Below, piece after piece: positions 10,551-20,212 of a DNA stretch of 64,000 nt. The position numbers were made by a program, and so were the translations under genes. The stretch covers positions 39,556,001 through 39,620,000 of the forward strand of contig OZ336890.1 of assembly GCA_965287045.1 (NCBI GenBank). The letters are read 5' to 3'. Each line of letters starts with the position of its first letter. Within the stretch, counting starts at the first letter, position 1. The notes below the pieces were generated by a model. The model saw only the letters and a list, made by a program, of their open reading frames with translations. It searched no databases and was not told where the DNA came from. The stretch is from Carcharhinus amblyrhynchos. Taxonomy: Eukaryota.

Positions 10551-13391
10551 TCAGTTCCACTTTCCCGCCCTCTCCCCATAACCCTTAATCCCCTCTCTTA
10601 TCAAAAACCCATCAACCCGCTTCTTAAAAATATTTAGCGAGGCAGCCTCCACCACTTCAACGGGCAGAGAATTCCAGAGATTCACCACCCTTTGAGTGAA
10701 GAAGTTCCTCCTCAACTCCGTTCTGAACCGCCCCCCCTTTATCTTGAGGCTGTGCCCCCTAGTCCTACTGTCTTTTTTGAGCAGGAAGAGTCTTTCCACC
10801 TCTATCCTATCCATCCCATTCATCATCTTATACGTCTCAATGAGATCTCCCCTCATTCTTCTAAACTCTAACGAGTACAAGCCTAGTTTATTCAGCCTCT
10901 CCTCATAGCTCAACCCCCTCAACTCCGGTATCAGCCTAGTAAACCTCCTCTGCACTCCCTCCAGGGCCAAAATATCCTTGCGCAGGTGCGGCGCCCAAAA
11001 CTGCACACAGTACTCCAGCTGCGGCCTCACCAATGCCCTATACAGCTGCAGCAAGACCTCCCTACTTTTATATTCAATCCCCCTCGCTATGAAGGCCAGC
11101 ATCCCATTCGCCTTCCTGACCACCTGCTGCACTTGCAGGCTGGGTTTTTGCGACTCATGCACAAGGACCCCGAGGTCCCTCTGCACCGTCGCCTGCTGCA
11201 GTTTTTCGCCACGTAAGTAATAGTCCTTCCTACCATTCTTCCTACCAAAGTGGACCACCTCACACTTGCCAACATTAAATTCCATTTGCCATTTCCTGGC
11301 CCATTCGCCCAGCCTATCTAGATCCTTCTGCAGACTCTCCACACCCTCCGCACAATTTGCCTTTCCCCCAATCTTGGTGTCATCAGCAAATTTCAACACC
11401 CTACACTCGGTTCCCTCCTCCAGATCATCTATATAAATGGTAAATAGCTGAGGCCCCAGCACCGACCCCTGGGGCACCCCACTAGTCACCAACCGCCAAT
11501 CCGAATAGCACCCATTGACCCCCACTCTCTGCCTCCTATTTGACAACCAATCCTCTATCCACGCTAACACCCTACCCCCAACTCCATGTCCTCTGACCTT
11601 CTGCAGTAACCTCTTGTGAGGTACCTTATCAAACGCCTTCTGAAAATCCAGAAAGACCACATCCACCGGCTCTCCTCTATCCACCGCCCTAGACACATCC
11701 TCATAGAACTCCAGTAAATTTGCCAGACACGACTTCCCTTTAATGAAACCGTGTTGCGTCTGCCCTATCAAGCAATTCCCTTCAAGATGCCTCGCAATTT
11801 CCTCCTTAATGACGGATTCTAACATTTTACCTACCACAGACGTTAAACTAACCGGCCTGTAATTCCCCGCCTTTTGCCTGGCACCCTTCTTAAACAACGG
11901 CGTAACATTAGCCGTTTTCCAATCCTCCGGCACTTCCCCGGAATCCAGCGACGTCTGGAAAATAACCACCAAGGCATCCACTATCACCTCCGCCATTTCT
12001 TTCAGAACCCTCGGATGCATTCCATCCGGTCCTGGGGACTTGTCCACAATCAGCCCCTCCAGTCTGTCGCGCACCACCTCTCTAGTAACAGTAATGTCAT
12101 TAAGACCCTCCAGTCCTACCACCTTTCCATCGCTAACACCCGGCAAATTATTCACGTCCTCCTCCGTGAAGACAGAAACAAAAAAGTTATTCAAGACCTT
12201 AGCCATATCCCCATCCCCTACCACTAGGTCCCCTTTCTCATCCGCTAAGGGACCAACGTTCACCCTAGCCAGCCTCTTCCTTTTTATATATTTATAAAAA
12301 CTCTTGCTATCCTTTTTTATATTAAGCGCTAGCCCAGCTTCATAGCTTCTTCTACCCTCCTTTATCAACTTTTTTGTCAATCTTTGTTGACATTTAAACC
12401 TTTCCCAATCCTCTTCTCGCCCACTGCTCTTAGTTACTCTAAATTCCTCCGCTTTTAATTTAACACTTTCCTTCACCTCCTTCGTTATCCACGGCTTATT
12501 ACCTCTCTTCCTACTGTCCTTTTTAACCATCGGAATAAATTTCTGCTGAGCACCAAGAAAGATCTCCTTAAAGATCCTCCACTGCTCCTCAGCAGACCTA
12601 CCTTCCAACGCGCTCCCCCAGTCCACATTCGCCAATTCTTCTCTCATCCTACCGTACTCCCCTCTATTCAAACAAAGGACACGTGTCCGGGAACCCACTT
12701 TCTCCTCCTCCATCTGCAACAGAAACTCCACCATACAATGATCACTCTCTCCAAGAGGATCCTTCACCTCAAGGTCCCTAATTCTACCCGCCTCATTACA
12801 TAGCACCAGATCCAAGACAGCTCGCTCCCTCGTCGGCTCCAACACACACTGTTCCAGGAAACTATCCCGGCAGCATTCCAAGAACTCCTCCTCGAGCCCA
12901 CCTCGTCCAACATGGGTCGACCAATCAATATGCAGATTGAAATCCCCCATAACTACTGCCGTCCCATTCCTGCACGCCGCACTTATTTGCGCGTTAACAG
13001 CCCGCCCCACCTCCAGATCATTATTCGGGGGCCTATAGACGACACCCACCAGCGTCTTCCTCCCTTTGCTGTTCCTAACCTCCACCCACAACGATTCCAC
13101 TTTCTGCTCTTTGGCTCCGATATCATCCCTTGCTACCACCTTGATGCTGTCCTTAATCAGCAGAGCTACGCCACCCCCTCTTTCCTCCTGCCTATCCTTC
13201 CTAAACACTTGATAGCCCTGTACATTCATCTCCCAGTCCCTGTCACCTTGCAGCCACGTCTCTGTAATGGCCACCAGATCGTATCCATTTGTGTCGATCT
13301 GCGCCACCAGCTCATCCACTTTATTCCGAATGCTTCGTGCATTCAGATAAAGCGCTTTCATCACAGCCTTCTTCTGGACCCTATTTGCCAT
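10551..13391 (-). CDS. CR1 ORF2p: APE endonuclease + reverse transcriptase. 946 aa from the first ATG; the frame stays open upstream through the ORF1 stop.
   Basis: APE motifs YLNARS, AITETW, GDFN, LDLV, SDH. RT motifs KSPGPDG, NYRPVSLTS, DFQKAFDKVPH, GVPQGSVLGP, KFADDTK, RDLGV. No stops or frameshifts. Confidence 0.95.
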   Translation of the reverse strand: MANRVQKKAVMKALYLNARSIRNKVDELVAQIDTNGYDLVAITETWLQGDRDWEMNVQGYQVFRKDRQEERGGGVALLIKDSIKVVARDDIGAKEQKVESLWVEVRNSKGRKTLVGVVYRPPNNDLEVGRAVNAQISAACRNGTAVVMGDFNLHIDWSTHVGRGGLEEEFLECCRDSFLEQCVLEPTRERAVLDLVLCNEAGRIRDLEVKDPLGESDHCMVEFLLQMEEEKVGSRTRVLCLNRGEYGRMREELANVDWGSALEGRSAEEQWRIFKEIFLGAQQKFIPMVKKDSRKRGNKPWITKEVKESVKLKAEEFRVTKSSGREEDWERFKCQQRLTKKLIKEGRRSYEAGLALNIKKDSKSFYKYIKRKRLARVNVGPLADEKGDLVVGDGDMAKVLNNFFVSVFTEEDVNNLPGVSDGKVVGLEGLNDITVTREVVRDRLEGLIVDKSPGPDGMHPRVLKEMAEVIVDALVVIFQTSLDSGEVPEDWKTANVTPLFKKGARQKAGNYRPVSLTSVVGKMLESVIKEEIARHLEGNCLIGQTQHGFIKGKSCLANLLEFYEDVSRAVDRGEPVDVVFLDFQKAFDKVPHKRLLQKVRGHGVGGRVLAWIEDWLSNRRQRVGVNGCYSDWRLVTSGVPQGSVLGPQLFTIYIDDLEEGTECRVLKFADDTKIGGKANCAEGVESLQKDLDRLGEWARKWQMEFNVGKCEVVHFGRKNGRKDYYLRGEKLQQATVQRDLGVLVHESQKPSLQVQQVVRKANGMLAFIARGIEYKSREVLLQLYRALVRPQLEYCVQFWAPHLRKDILALEGVQRRFTRLIPELRGLSYEERLNKLGLYSLEFRRMRGDLIETYKMMNGMDRIEVERLFLLKKDSRTRGHSLKIKGGRFRTELRRNFFTQRVVNLWNSLPVEVVEAASLNIFKKRVDGFLIREGIKGYGERAGKWN

Positions 13392-13465
13392 AACGCCACC
13401 ACTTGGGACATCCTCAGCCTCTTCCCTTACCTGTACCCTATCCTTAACTGTAGACCTCCTAACAT

Positions 13466-13505
13466 CACCTACCCTCGCACCCTCCCCCCCCCTAATTAGT
13501 TTAAA
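13466..13505 (-). promoter_or_regulatory. Candidate -1 programmed ribosomal frameshift signal (U_UUA_AAC + 6-nt spacer + G-quadruplex-capable tract)
   Basis: Minus strand reads GC[T TTA AAC] TAA TTA GGGGGGGGG A GGG TGCGA GGG TA GG. The heptamer (13505-13499) is phased in ORF1 and ORF2 is in the -1 frame. Function is inferred. Confidence 0.6.
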
Positions 13506-14428
13506 GCCCTGTCTACAGTCCTCTTTACTCGATTCGCCAGCACTCTGGTCCCAGCACGATTCAGACCAACCCCATCCCGCCCGAACAAGTCCCACCTACC
13601 CCAATACTGGTGCCAATGCCCCATAAATTCGATCCCATTCCTCCCACACCAATCTCTGAGCCACCCATTCACTTCCTTTATCCTGTCAACCCTACGCCCG
13701 TCTGCACTCGGTTCAGGCAGTAGCCCAGAGAAGACCACCTTGTCGGTTCTACTTTTTAATTCCATTCCCAGCTTCTCATACTCCCTCCCCAGATCCTCAG
13801 TCCGCACTTTGCCTACGTCGCTGGCACCCACATGTACCACCACAACTGGGTTCTCACCCTCCCACTCCAGATTCCTCTGCAGCCCAGCTGCGACATCCTG
13901 TACCCGAGCACCAGGCAGACAACACACCCTTCTGTGCACTTTGTCATTGTGACAAAGGACAGTGTCAATACCCTTCACCCCACTATCTCCAATCACTACT
14001 ACGTTCCTTTTCCCCTTCTCTTTGCCTATGTCCTGCTGCATCACTGTACCGTGTGCAGTTTGCTCACCAACCTCACCTGCCTCGTCCTCTTCCAGAGTGG
14101 AAGCAAGAACCTCAAACCTGTTATGCAGATTAAGAGGCTGAGGCCTCCGCTCCTCACCCCCCTTCCTCCTCCCAGCAGCCCCCTTTTGTTCCTGACCCTT
14201 AGATTTAGACAGTCTAGAGGGGGTGGATGTCACTTGCACCCCATTGACAATGGCACCCTCTCTCCCCCTGATGAGCCTCAGTGTCTGTAGCTCAGAGGCC
14301 AGCTCATCCACCTTGAGCTGGAGCTCCTCCAGCAACCTGCACTTACTGCAGACATGGTCACTGGGAAGGACCCTGGGGTCCACCAGTTCCCACATCATAC
14401 AGGAACCGCACATCACATGCCCCTCCAT
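13496..14428 (-). CDS. CR1 ORF1p: CxxC..CxxC zinc finger, leucine zipper and SGNH/GDSL esterase-fold domain (310 aa)
   Basis: CGSCMMW...CSKC, LEELQLKVDELASELQTL heptads, VVIGDS, CLPGARV, VVVHVGASD, FGRDGVGLN. Ends RALN-stop. Confidence 0.92.
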   Translation of the reverse strand: MEGHVMCGSCMMWELVDPRVLPSDHVCSKCRLLEELQLKVDELASELQTLRLIRGREGAIVNGVQVTSTPSRLSKSKGQEQKGAAGRRKGGEERRPQPLNLHNRFEVLASTLEEDEAGEVGEQTAHGTVMQQDIGKEKGKRNVVVIGDSGVKGIDTVLCHNDKVHRRVCCLPGARVQDVAAGLQRNLEWEGENPVVVVHVGASDVGKVRTEDLGREYEKLGMELKSRTDKVVFSGLLPEPSADGRRVDRIKEVNGWLRDWCGRNGIEFMGHWHQYWGRWDLFGRDGVGLNRAGTRVLANRVKRTVDRALN

Positions 14429-15259
14429 TATTCAATATAATTTGTTGTAGGAAAAAATTTTTTCCTTGTTTCTTGCTGTAGTAGTTTTGAAAAAAAATTT
14501 TTTTTTTTTCCTTGTTCTTTCCACCTGGCCTTTTTACCTTCCAGCCCTTTTTGATATTAAGCCCTAATAGCTCACTCTGCTTCCCTCTCACTCCGCTGCC
14601 CGCTCCGACGCTGCCCGCTATCTACACCAGGCCTCCTTTTAAACTTGGCGCTGATTTAAAGCTGATGGGCCACAACTGCCTGATAATCACTCCCTCACAA
14701 TTCTTAAAGCAGTAAATACAATAAGTAAATGCTTTAAACAGTTCTACAAAGAACAAAGTGCTTTAAACTTATTTTAAACAGGTTTTTAACAGGTAAAGTC
14801 TTAGCTTTCTCTCTGATGCTCCTTCCTCGTCTGCTCCAGCAAACAATGTAAGGCCTTTATATTCCTCAATGATCTTCCAGTTCCTCTGATGGCTGCAACA
14901 GTTGTTTGACTCCCCCATTACTAGTATTGTGTAGCAATGAGTTTAATCTGTAATTTTTCATTTTGGGTGCCTATAAAGGCCTTTTGACTTTCCTTTCCTC
15001 AGATGCCTCAAATACTGTTTGTCTACCTCGTTGCCAGTTTTTATCTGGTGGTTTTAAAAGGACGCCTGAGGCCTACTCAGAGGTGCAAACAAAAAGCTTT
15101 ACTTAGAAGATGTTAACACAACAGACTGCAATATTACACTGCCCATAAGCCCACACAAATGGCCAATGATGTCAAATGATCAGCCTCTAGCAGGCTTGCC
15201 ATGGAACAGAGGGGCACTTTAAGTGAGGAAACAATACCATCGAACCTGCCAGTAGGGGC

Positions 15260-18090
15260 TTGGGAGAATGATTTTCCTTTCACAAAACCAGATGGACTCT
15301 GCCTGATTATCTTGGGTTTATTTAAGCATCCTGTTATAATATATTCAATAATAGCTTCTAGCATTTTCCCTCTGACAGATGTTAATCCAATCAGCCTATA
15401 GTTACCTGATTTTTCTCTTCTCCCATTTTTGAATAAAGGAATTACATTGCCTATTTTCCAATTATGTGGACCATTCCCAGAATCTAGTGAATTTTGGAAA
15501 ATTAAAACCAACGCAGCAACCAGCTCAACACAAAAAACAGAAAATGCTGGAAAATCTCAACAATCGCAAAAACCCAGCTTGCAGGTGCAGCAGGTGGTCA
15601 GGAAGGCGAATGGGATGCTGGCCTTCATAGCGAGGGGGATTGAATATAAAAGTAGGGAGGTCTTGCTGCAGCTGTATAGGGCATTGGTGAGGCCGCAGCT
15701 GGAGTACTGTGTGCAGTTTTGGGCGCCGCACCTGCGCAAGGATATTTTGGCCCTGGAGGGAGTGCAGAGGAGGTTTACTAGGCTGATACCGGAGTTGAGG
15801 GGATTGAGCTATGAGGAGAGGCTGAATAAACTAGGCTTGTACTCGTTAGAGTTTAGAAGAATGAGGGGAGATCTCATTGAGACGTATAAGATGATGAATG
15901 GGATGGATAGGATAGAGGTGGAGAGACTCTTCCCGCTCAAAAAAGACAGTAGGACTAGGGGGCACAGCCTCAAGATAAAGGGGAGGCGGTTTAGAACGGA
16001 GTTGAGGAGGAACTTCTTCACTCAAAGGGTGGTGAATCTCTGGAATTCTCTGCCCGTTGAAGTGGTGGAGGCTGCCTCGCTAAATATTTTTAAGAAGCGG
16101 GTTGATGGGTTCTTGATAAGAGAGGGGATTAAGGGTTATGGGGAGAGGGCGGGAAAGTGGAACTGAGCCACAACAGATCAGCCATGATCTTATTGAATGG
16201 CGGGGCAGGTTCGAAGGGCTAGATGGCCTACTCCTGCTCCTATTTCTTATGTTCTTATTTCTTATGTTCTAACAGATCTGACAACATCTGTGTAGGGAGA
16301 ATAGAGCTAATATTTTGAGTCTGGATGACCCTTTGTCACAGTTTCACAACCTCAACGAGCTCATTAGTCACTTCTTTTAAGACCCAAGAATGAAATCCAC
16401 CAGGACTCGGGGACCTGTCAATTCACAGATCCAACACTTCCTCGCTGATTGGAATTTTCTCGAGTTCCTCTCTTCCTTCCAATTTCTGATTTACAGCTAT
16501 TTCTGGGATGTTACTTGTTTCCTACATGGTGAAGATGATGCAAAATGTCTTACCAATTCATCCACCATCTGCTATTTTCCATTATTAATTCCCCAGACTC
16601 AGTTTCCATCGGACCAATGTTCACTTTATCAACTCTTTTTTATCAAATTGCGATGGAAACTCTTACCATCTGTCTTTATAGAAACACAGAAGATAAGAAC
16701 AGGAGAAGCCATTTGGCCCTTCGAGTCTGTTCCGTCATTAATCAAGATCATGGCTGATCATCCAACTCAATAGCCTAATTTTGTTTTCTTCCCATTATCT
16801 TTGATCCCATTCACCCCACGTGCTACATTTAGCCGCCTCTTAAATACATTCAATGTTTTGGCATTAACTACTTCCTGTGGTAATGAATTCCACAGGCTCA
16901 CCACTCTTTGGGTGAAGAAATTTCTACTCACCTCCATCCTAAATGGTCTACTCTGAATCCTCAGACTGTGACCCCTAGTTCTGGCCAACACCCACCATCG
17001 GGAACATTCTCCCTGCATCCACTCTGTCTGGTCCTGTCAATATTTTAAAAGTCTCTACAAGACTCCCCCCTCATTCATCTGAATTCCAGCCAAAACAATC
17101 CTAATCTAGTCAATCTCTCCTCGTACATCAGTCCCGCCATCCCCCTTTCTAGCTAGTTTTCTCTAGTATTCTAATTTTTCTCTCCATATTAATCTTTCAG
17201 TCATTTTTTGCCGTTTTTGATATTCTGCCCAATTTTCTGACAGGCCACCTTTGCTGAATTATATGCTTTTTTTCTTTAGTTTTGATACGATCTTTAAGTT
17301 TTTAGTTCATCACAGATGGTGGGTCCTTCCATTGGAACTTTTCTTCCTTGTTGGAATGTGTATTCTGAAATATTCCCTTAAATGTCTGCAACTGCATCTC
17401 TAATGACCTTTCCTTAATCTAAATTGACAGTTCATTTTTGCTACATCTGCATTGATGCCTTCATAATTGCCCTTATTAAAGTTTAAAATACTAGTCCTAG
17501 ACCCGCTCTTCTCTCCCTCAAAATGACAATAAAATCAATCACATTGTGATCACTGCCACCTCAGAGCACCTGGGATTTTCACAGTAACTTCACTGCAGTG
17601 TTAATGTAAATCCACTCGTGACACTAATAAACAGTAAAACTTCATTGCAATGTCATTAATTAGCCCTATTGTATTGCACAACACGAGGTCTGGTATAGCT
17701 TGTTCCCTGATCGGCTCCATAACATGCTGATCCAAGAATTGTGCCAAAAAGATTCTATGAGTATATTGTCTATGCTACCTTTATCTGATTACTTATTGAT
17801 TAAGATCTGCCATGACTTCTCTGACAAGCTCCCACTTTTCTTCCTTGGATACTCCGTCCAGCAGTGTGATTACTATTAAGGAGCTAACCTATTCCTGCAA
17901 GTGACTATTCACCTTTTCATTCCTCATCTACCCAACTACTTCAATATCGAGTTTCTTGAATTTAGGTCATCTCTCTCTAATATGCGCGTCATCATTAATT
18001 AACAGAACATCCCCTCCATTTTATCCAAATTTCCTACCCTTCCTAAAAGGCAAGTTCACTTCAGTATTTCAGTCCCAGTCCACGCCATCC
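15260..18090 (-). mobile_element. Old degenerate CR1 ORF2 interrupted by a Penelope-like fragment, the young CR1 copy, another CR1 3' end (about 16680-17145) and a SINE tail (about 17570-17640)
   Basis: Decayed motifs VLIFQNSLDSG..WKIGNVIPLFK..GNYRLIGLTSV..GFVKGKS on the left of the inserts. The reading continues upstream on the right. Confidence 0.8.
15564..16270 (+). mobile_element. 5'-truncated young CR1 copy of the same family as the full-length element, in inverted orientation
   Basis: About 11 substitutions by eye versus the reverse complement of 10452-11153. Same tail. AACA duplication at 15559-15562 and 16271-16274. Confidence 0.95.
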
Positions 18091-18174
18091 TGCAGACACA
18101 GAGTGGAATTTCATTTTTTTTTGACTATGTCTCAACTCAGGCAGTTTGTAATCCGCCACTGCTGGCTTTTGAAT

Positions 18175-18490
18175 CATACAATCCCTACGATGCAGGAAGA
18201 GGCCATTCAGCCCATCAAGTCTGCACCAACCACAATCCCATCCCAGCCGTATTCCCGTAACTTCACATATTTACCTCGCTAATCCCCCGACACTAAGGGG
18301 TGATTTAGCATGGCCCAATCAACCTAATCCGCACATCTTTGGATTGTGGGAGGAAACTGGAGCACCCGGAGGAAAACCATGCAGACATGGGGAGAACGTG
18401 CAAACTCCATACAAACAGTGACCTGAAGCTGGAATTGGACCCAGTACCTGGCGCTGTGTGAGGCAGCAATGCTAACCACTGTGCCACCCC
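18175..18490 (-). mobile_element. HE1-type V-SINE
   Basis: Reverse-complement head, V-domain and tail. Confidence 0.85.
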
Positions 18491-19032
18491 AAATTTTCCC
18501 ACAATACTTTATGACACTTGGTCAACAAAACATAAAATGATGGCACAGCGCCAGTGGATGGTGCCAAGGCACTGCAAGAGGCACTCCCCCAAGCACCGTC
18601 AGGGTACTGCACAGCCATGACCCTCCCCTGTACTTATACTGACAGGTTCCCTTCGCCGGGTCCATGCTGGTCAAAAGCTGTTGTAAACCCCATTGGCGGT
18701 GGACACATAGGCAGGGTAGAGAGTGGAGAGGGGCAATCCAAAGGTGGGGGGAGTAATAGAGTGAAGAAACCTGCTAATTACATTAAAATGTATGATAATA
18801 ATGTTCCCGACCCTTCGGGGACGGGACCCATTACTGCATTAATATGGGGTGGGGACTATGGGAATGGGAAATTCTGACAGTGTAAAAGCCGATTGATTCT
18901 CTAGTTCCCTGCTGCCATTCCCACTTGCTGAAAATGGGGTGGGAGTGGGGGATCCTGGCCATGGTCTCTGTAATGGCTGTTAAATTGTTCTTATTAGTTT
19001 CTATCAGTTCATTTATTTTGGCTGTAATTTTA

Positions 19033-19350
19033 GAATCATCAAATTCCTGCTGTGCAGAAGGAGGCTATTTGGCCCATCTAGCCTGCACTGACAACAATCC
19101 CACACCCAGGCCCTATTCCCTTAAGCCCTCATGTTTACCTTGCTAGCCCCTCTAACGCTAAGCATGGCCAACCAACCTGAACCGCACATCTTTGCACTGT
19201 GTGGGAGGAAACTGGAGCAGTCGGAGGAGAGCCATGCAGGCAGGGGGAGTGTGTAGATTCCACACAGACAGTGACCTGAGGCTGGAATTGAACCTGGGTC
19301 CCCGGCGCTGTGAGGCAGCAGTACTAACCACTGTGCTAGCGAGCCGTCCT
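19033..19350 (-). mobile_element. HE1-type V-SINE
   Basis: Reverse-complement head, V-domain and tail. Confidence 0.85.
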
Positions 19351-19899
19351 GCCTGACCCTTTTGTTCTCCCGTGCTTGAGGATGCAAGCCACAGAAAAAC
19401 TCATCGACATCAGGACCACCAGGAGATCCTGCTCTCGGCCAATGGCAGGCTGCCTCTGCTGCAACAAAACATGCCATCAGCAGCGGGGTGGGGGAGGGGG
19501 GCGTTTTTCGGATGCTACATGCAATCAGGCACAGAACTTTAAGATTTGTTCTGATTTTTTAAGCAATGTCTAGCCATATCTGTTGATTTACTCTTAAATT
19601 TGTAATCTTTAACCCTCCCTGTCACAGTCTGTTCATCATTTTCCATATTAATATGGCAATCTGTGATACTTTCATGATCACCATTACTCAGAACAGGGGT
19701 AAAATTTTATGACCTTCTTACGGTGAGCAATTCAGATGTCCCCGAAATCCGATGGGATGTGTTGTAAAAATCCGCCCTAGGTTTCTATTCCGAATTTTCA
19801 TCATTGAATTTAATTAATTCCACCAGTTGCCATGGTGCAATTTAAATTTATGATACATAGGATTATCTTGTGCTTCTAGATTACTAGTTCATATTATTA

Positions 19900-20212
19900 G
19901 GCAGCACAGTGGCACACTGGTTAGCATTGTTGTCTCACACTGCCAGGGACCCGGGTTCGATTCCTGGCTTGGGTCACTGTCTGCGAGCACATTCTCCCCA
20001 TGTCTGCGTGGGTGTCCTCCGAGTGCTCCGGTTTTCTCCCACAGTCCAAAGATATGCGGATTAGGTTGATTGGCCATGCTAAACTGACCCTTAGTGTCAA
20101 GGGGATTAGCAGAGTAACTACGTGGGGTTATAGGGGTAGGGTTGGGTGGGATTATTGTCTGTGCAGGCTCGATGGGCCAAATGACCTTTTTCTGCACTGC
20201 AGGAATTCTATG
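19900..20212 (+). mobile_element. HE1-type V-SINE
   Basis: A-box tggcacactgg, B-box ggttcgattcc, V-domain and tail. Confidence 0.85.

Larger units (their letters stand above)
10452..14840 (-). mobile_element. Full-length, apparently intact CR1-clade LINE. The 5' boundary is uncertain (about 14620-14840).
   Basis: Two uninterrupted ORFs, CpG retained, a short 3' UTR with a ggcc-agat-ggcc hairpin and an (TTCTTATG)n tail at about 10452-10475. No clear target-site duplication. Confidence 0.95.

Noticed and set aside
13392-13595. 68-aa N-terminal extension of ORF2 from the ORF-track start at 13595
   Set aside because: It starts at a non-ATG codon inside ORF1 and is not a credible initiation site. 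The open frame matters only as the -1 frameshift linker.
10696-14450. Plus-strand ORFs (up to 195 aa) overlapping the CR1
   Set aside because: Antisense shadows of a G-rich coding strand, with no recognisable domains.
14754-14766. caaagtgctttaa as a target-site duplication matching caaagttgttttaa at 10441
   Set aside because: Imperfect, AT-rich and inconsistent with the youth of the element. The 5' boundary is left unresolved.
15429-16166. 245-aa ORF with an RT C-terminus as a novel chimeric gene
   Set aside because: Non-ATG start in antisense old CR1, running by chance through a Penelope-like end into a truncated CR1. It lacks the RT catalytic core.
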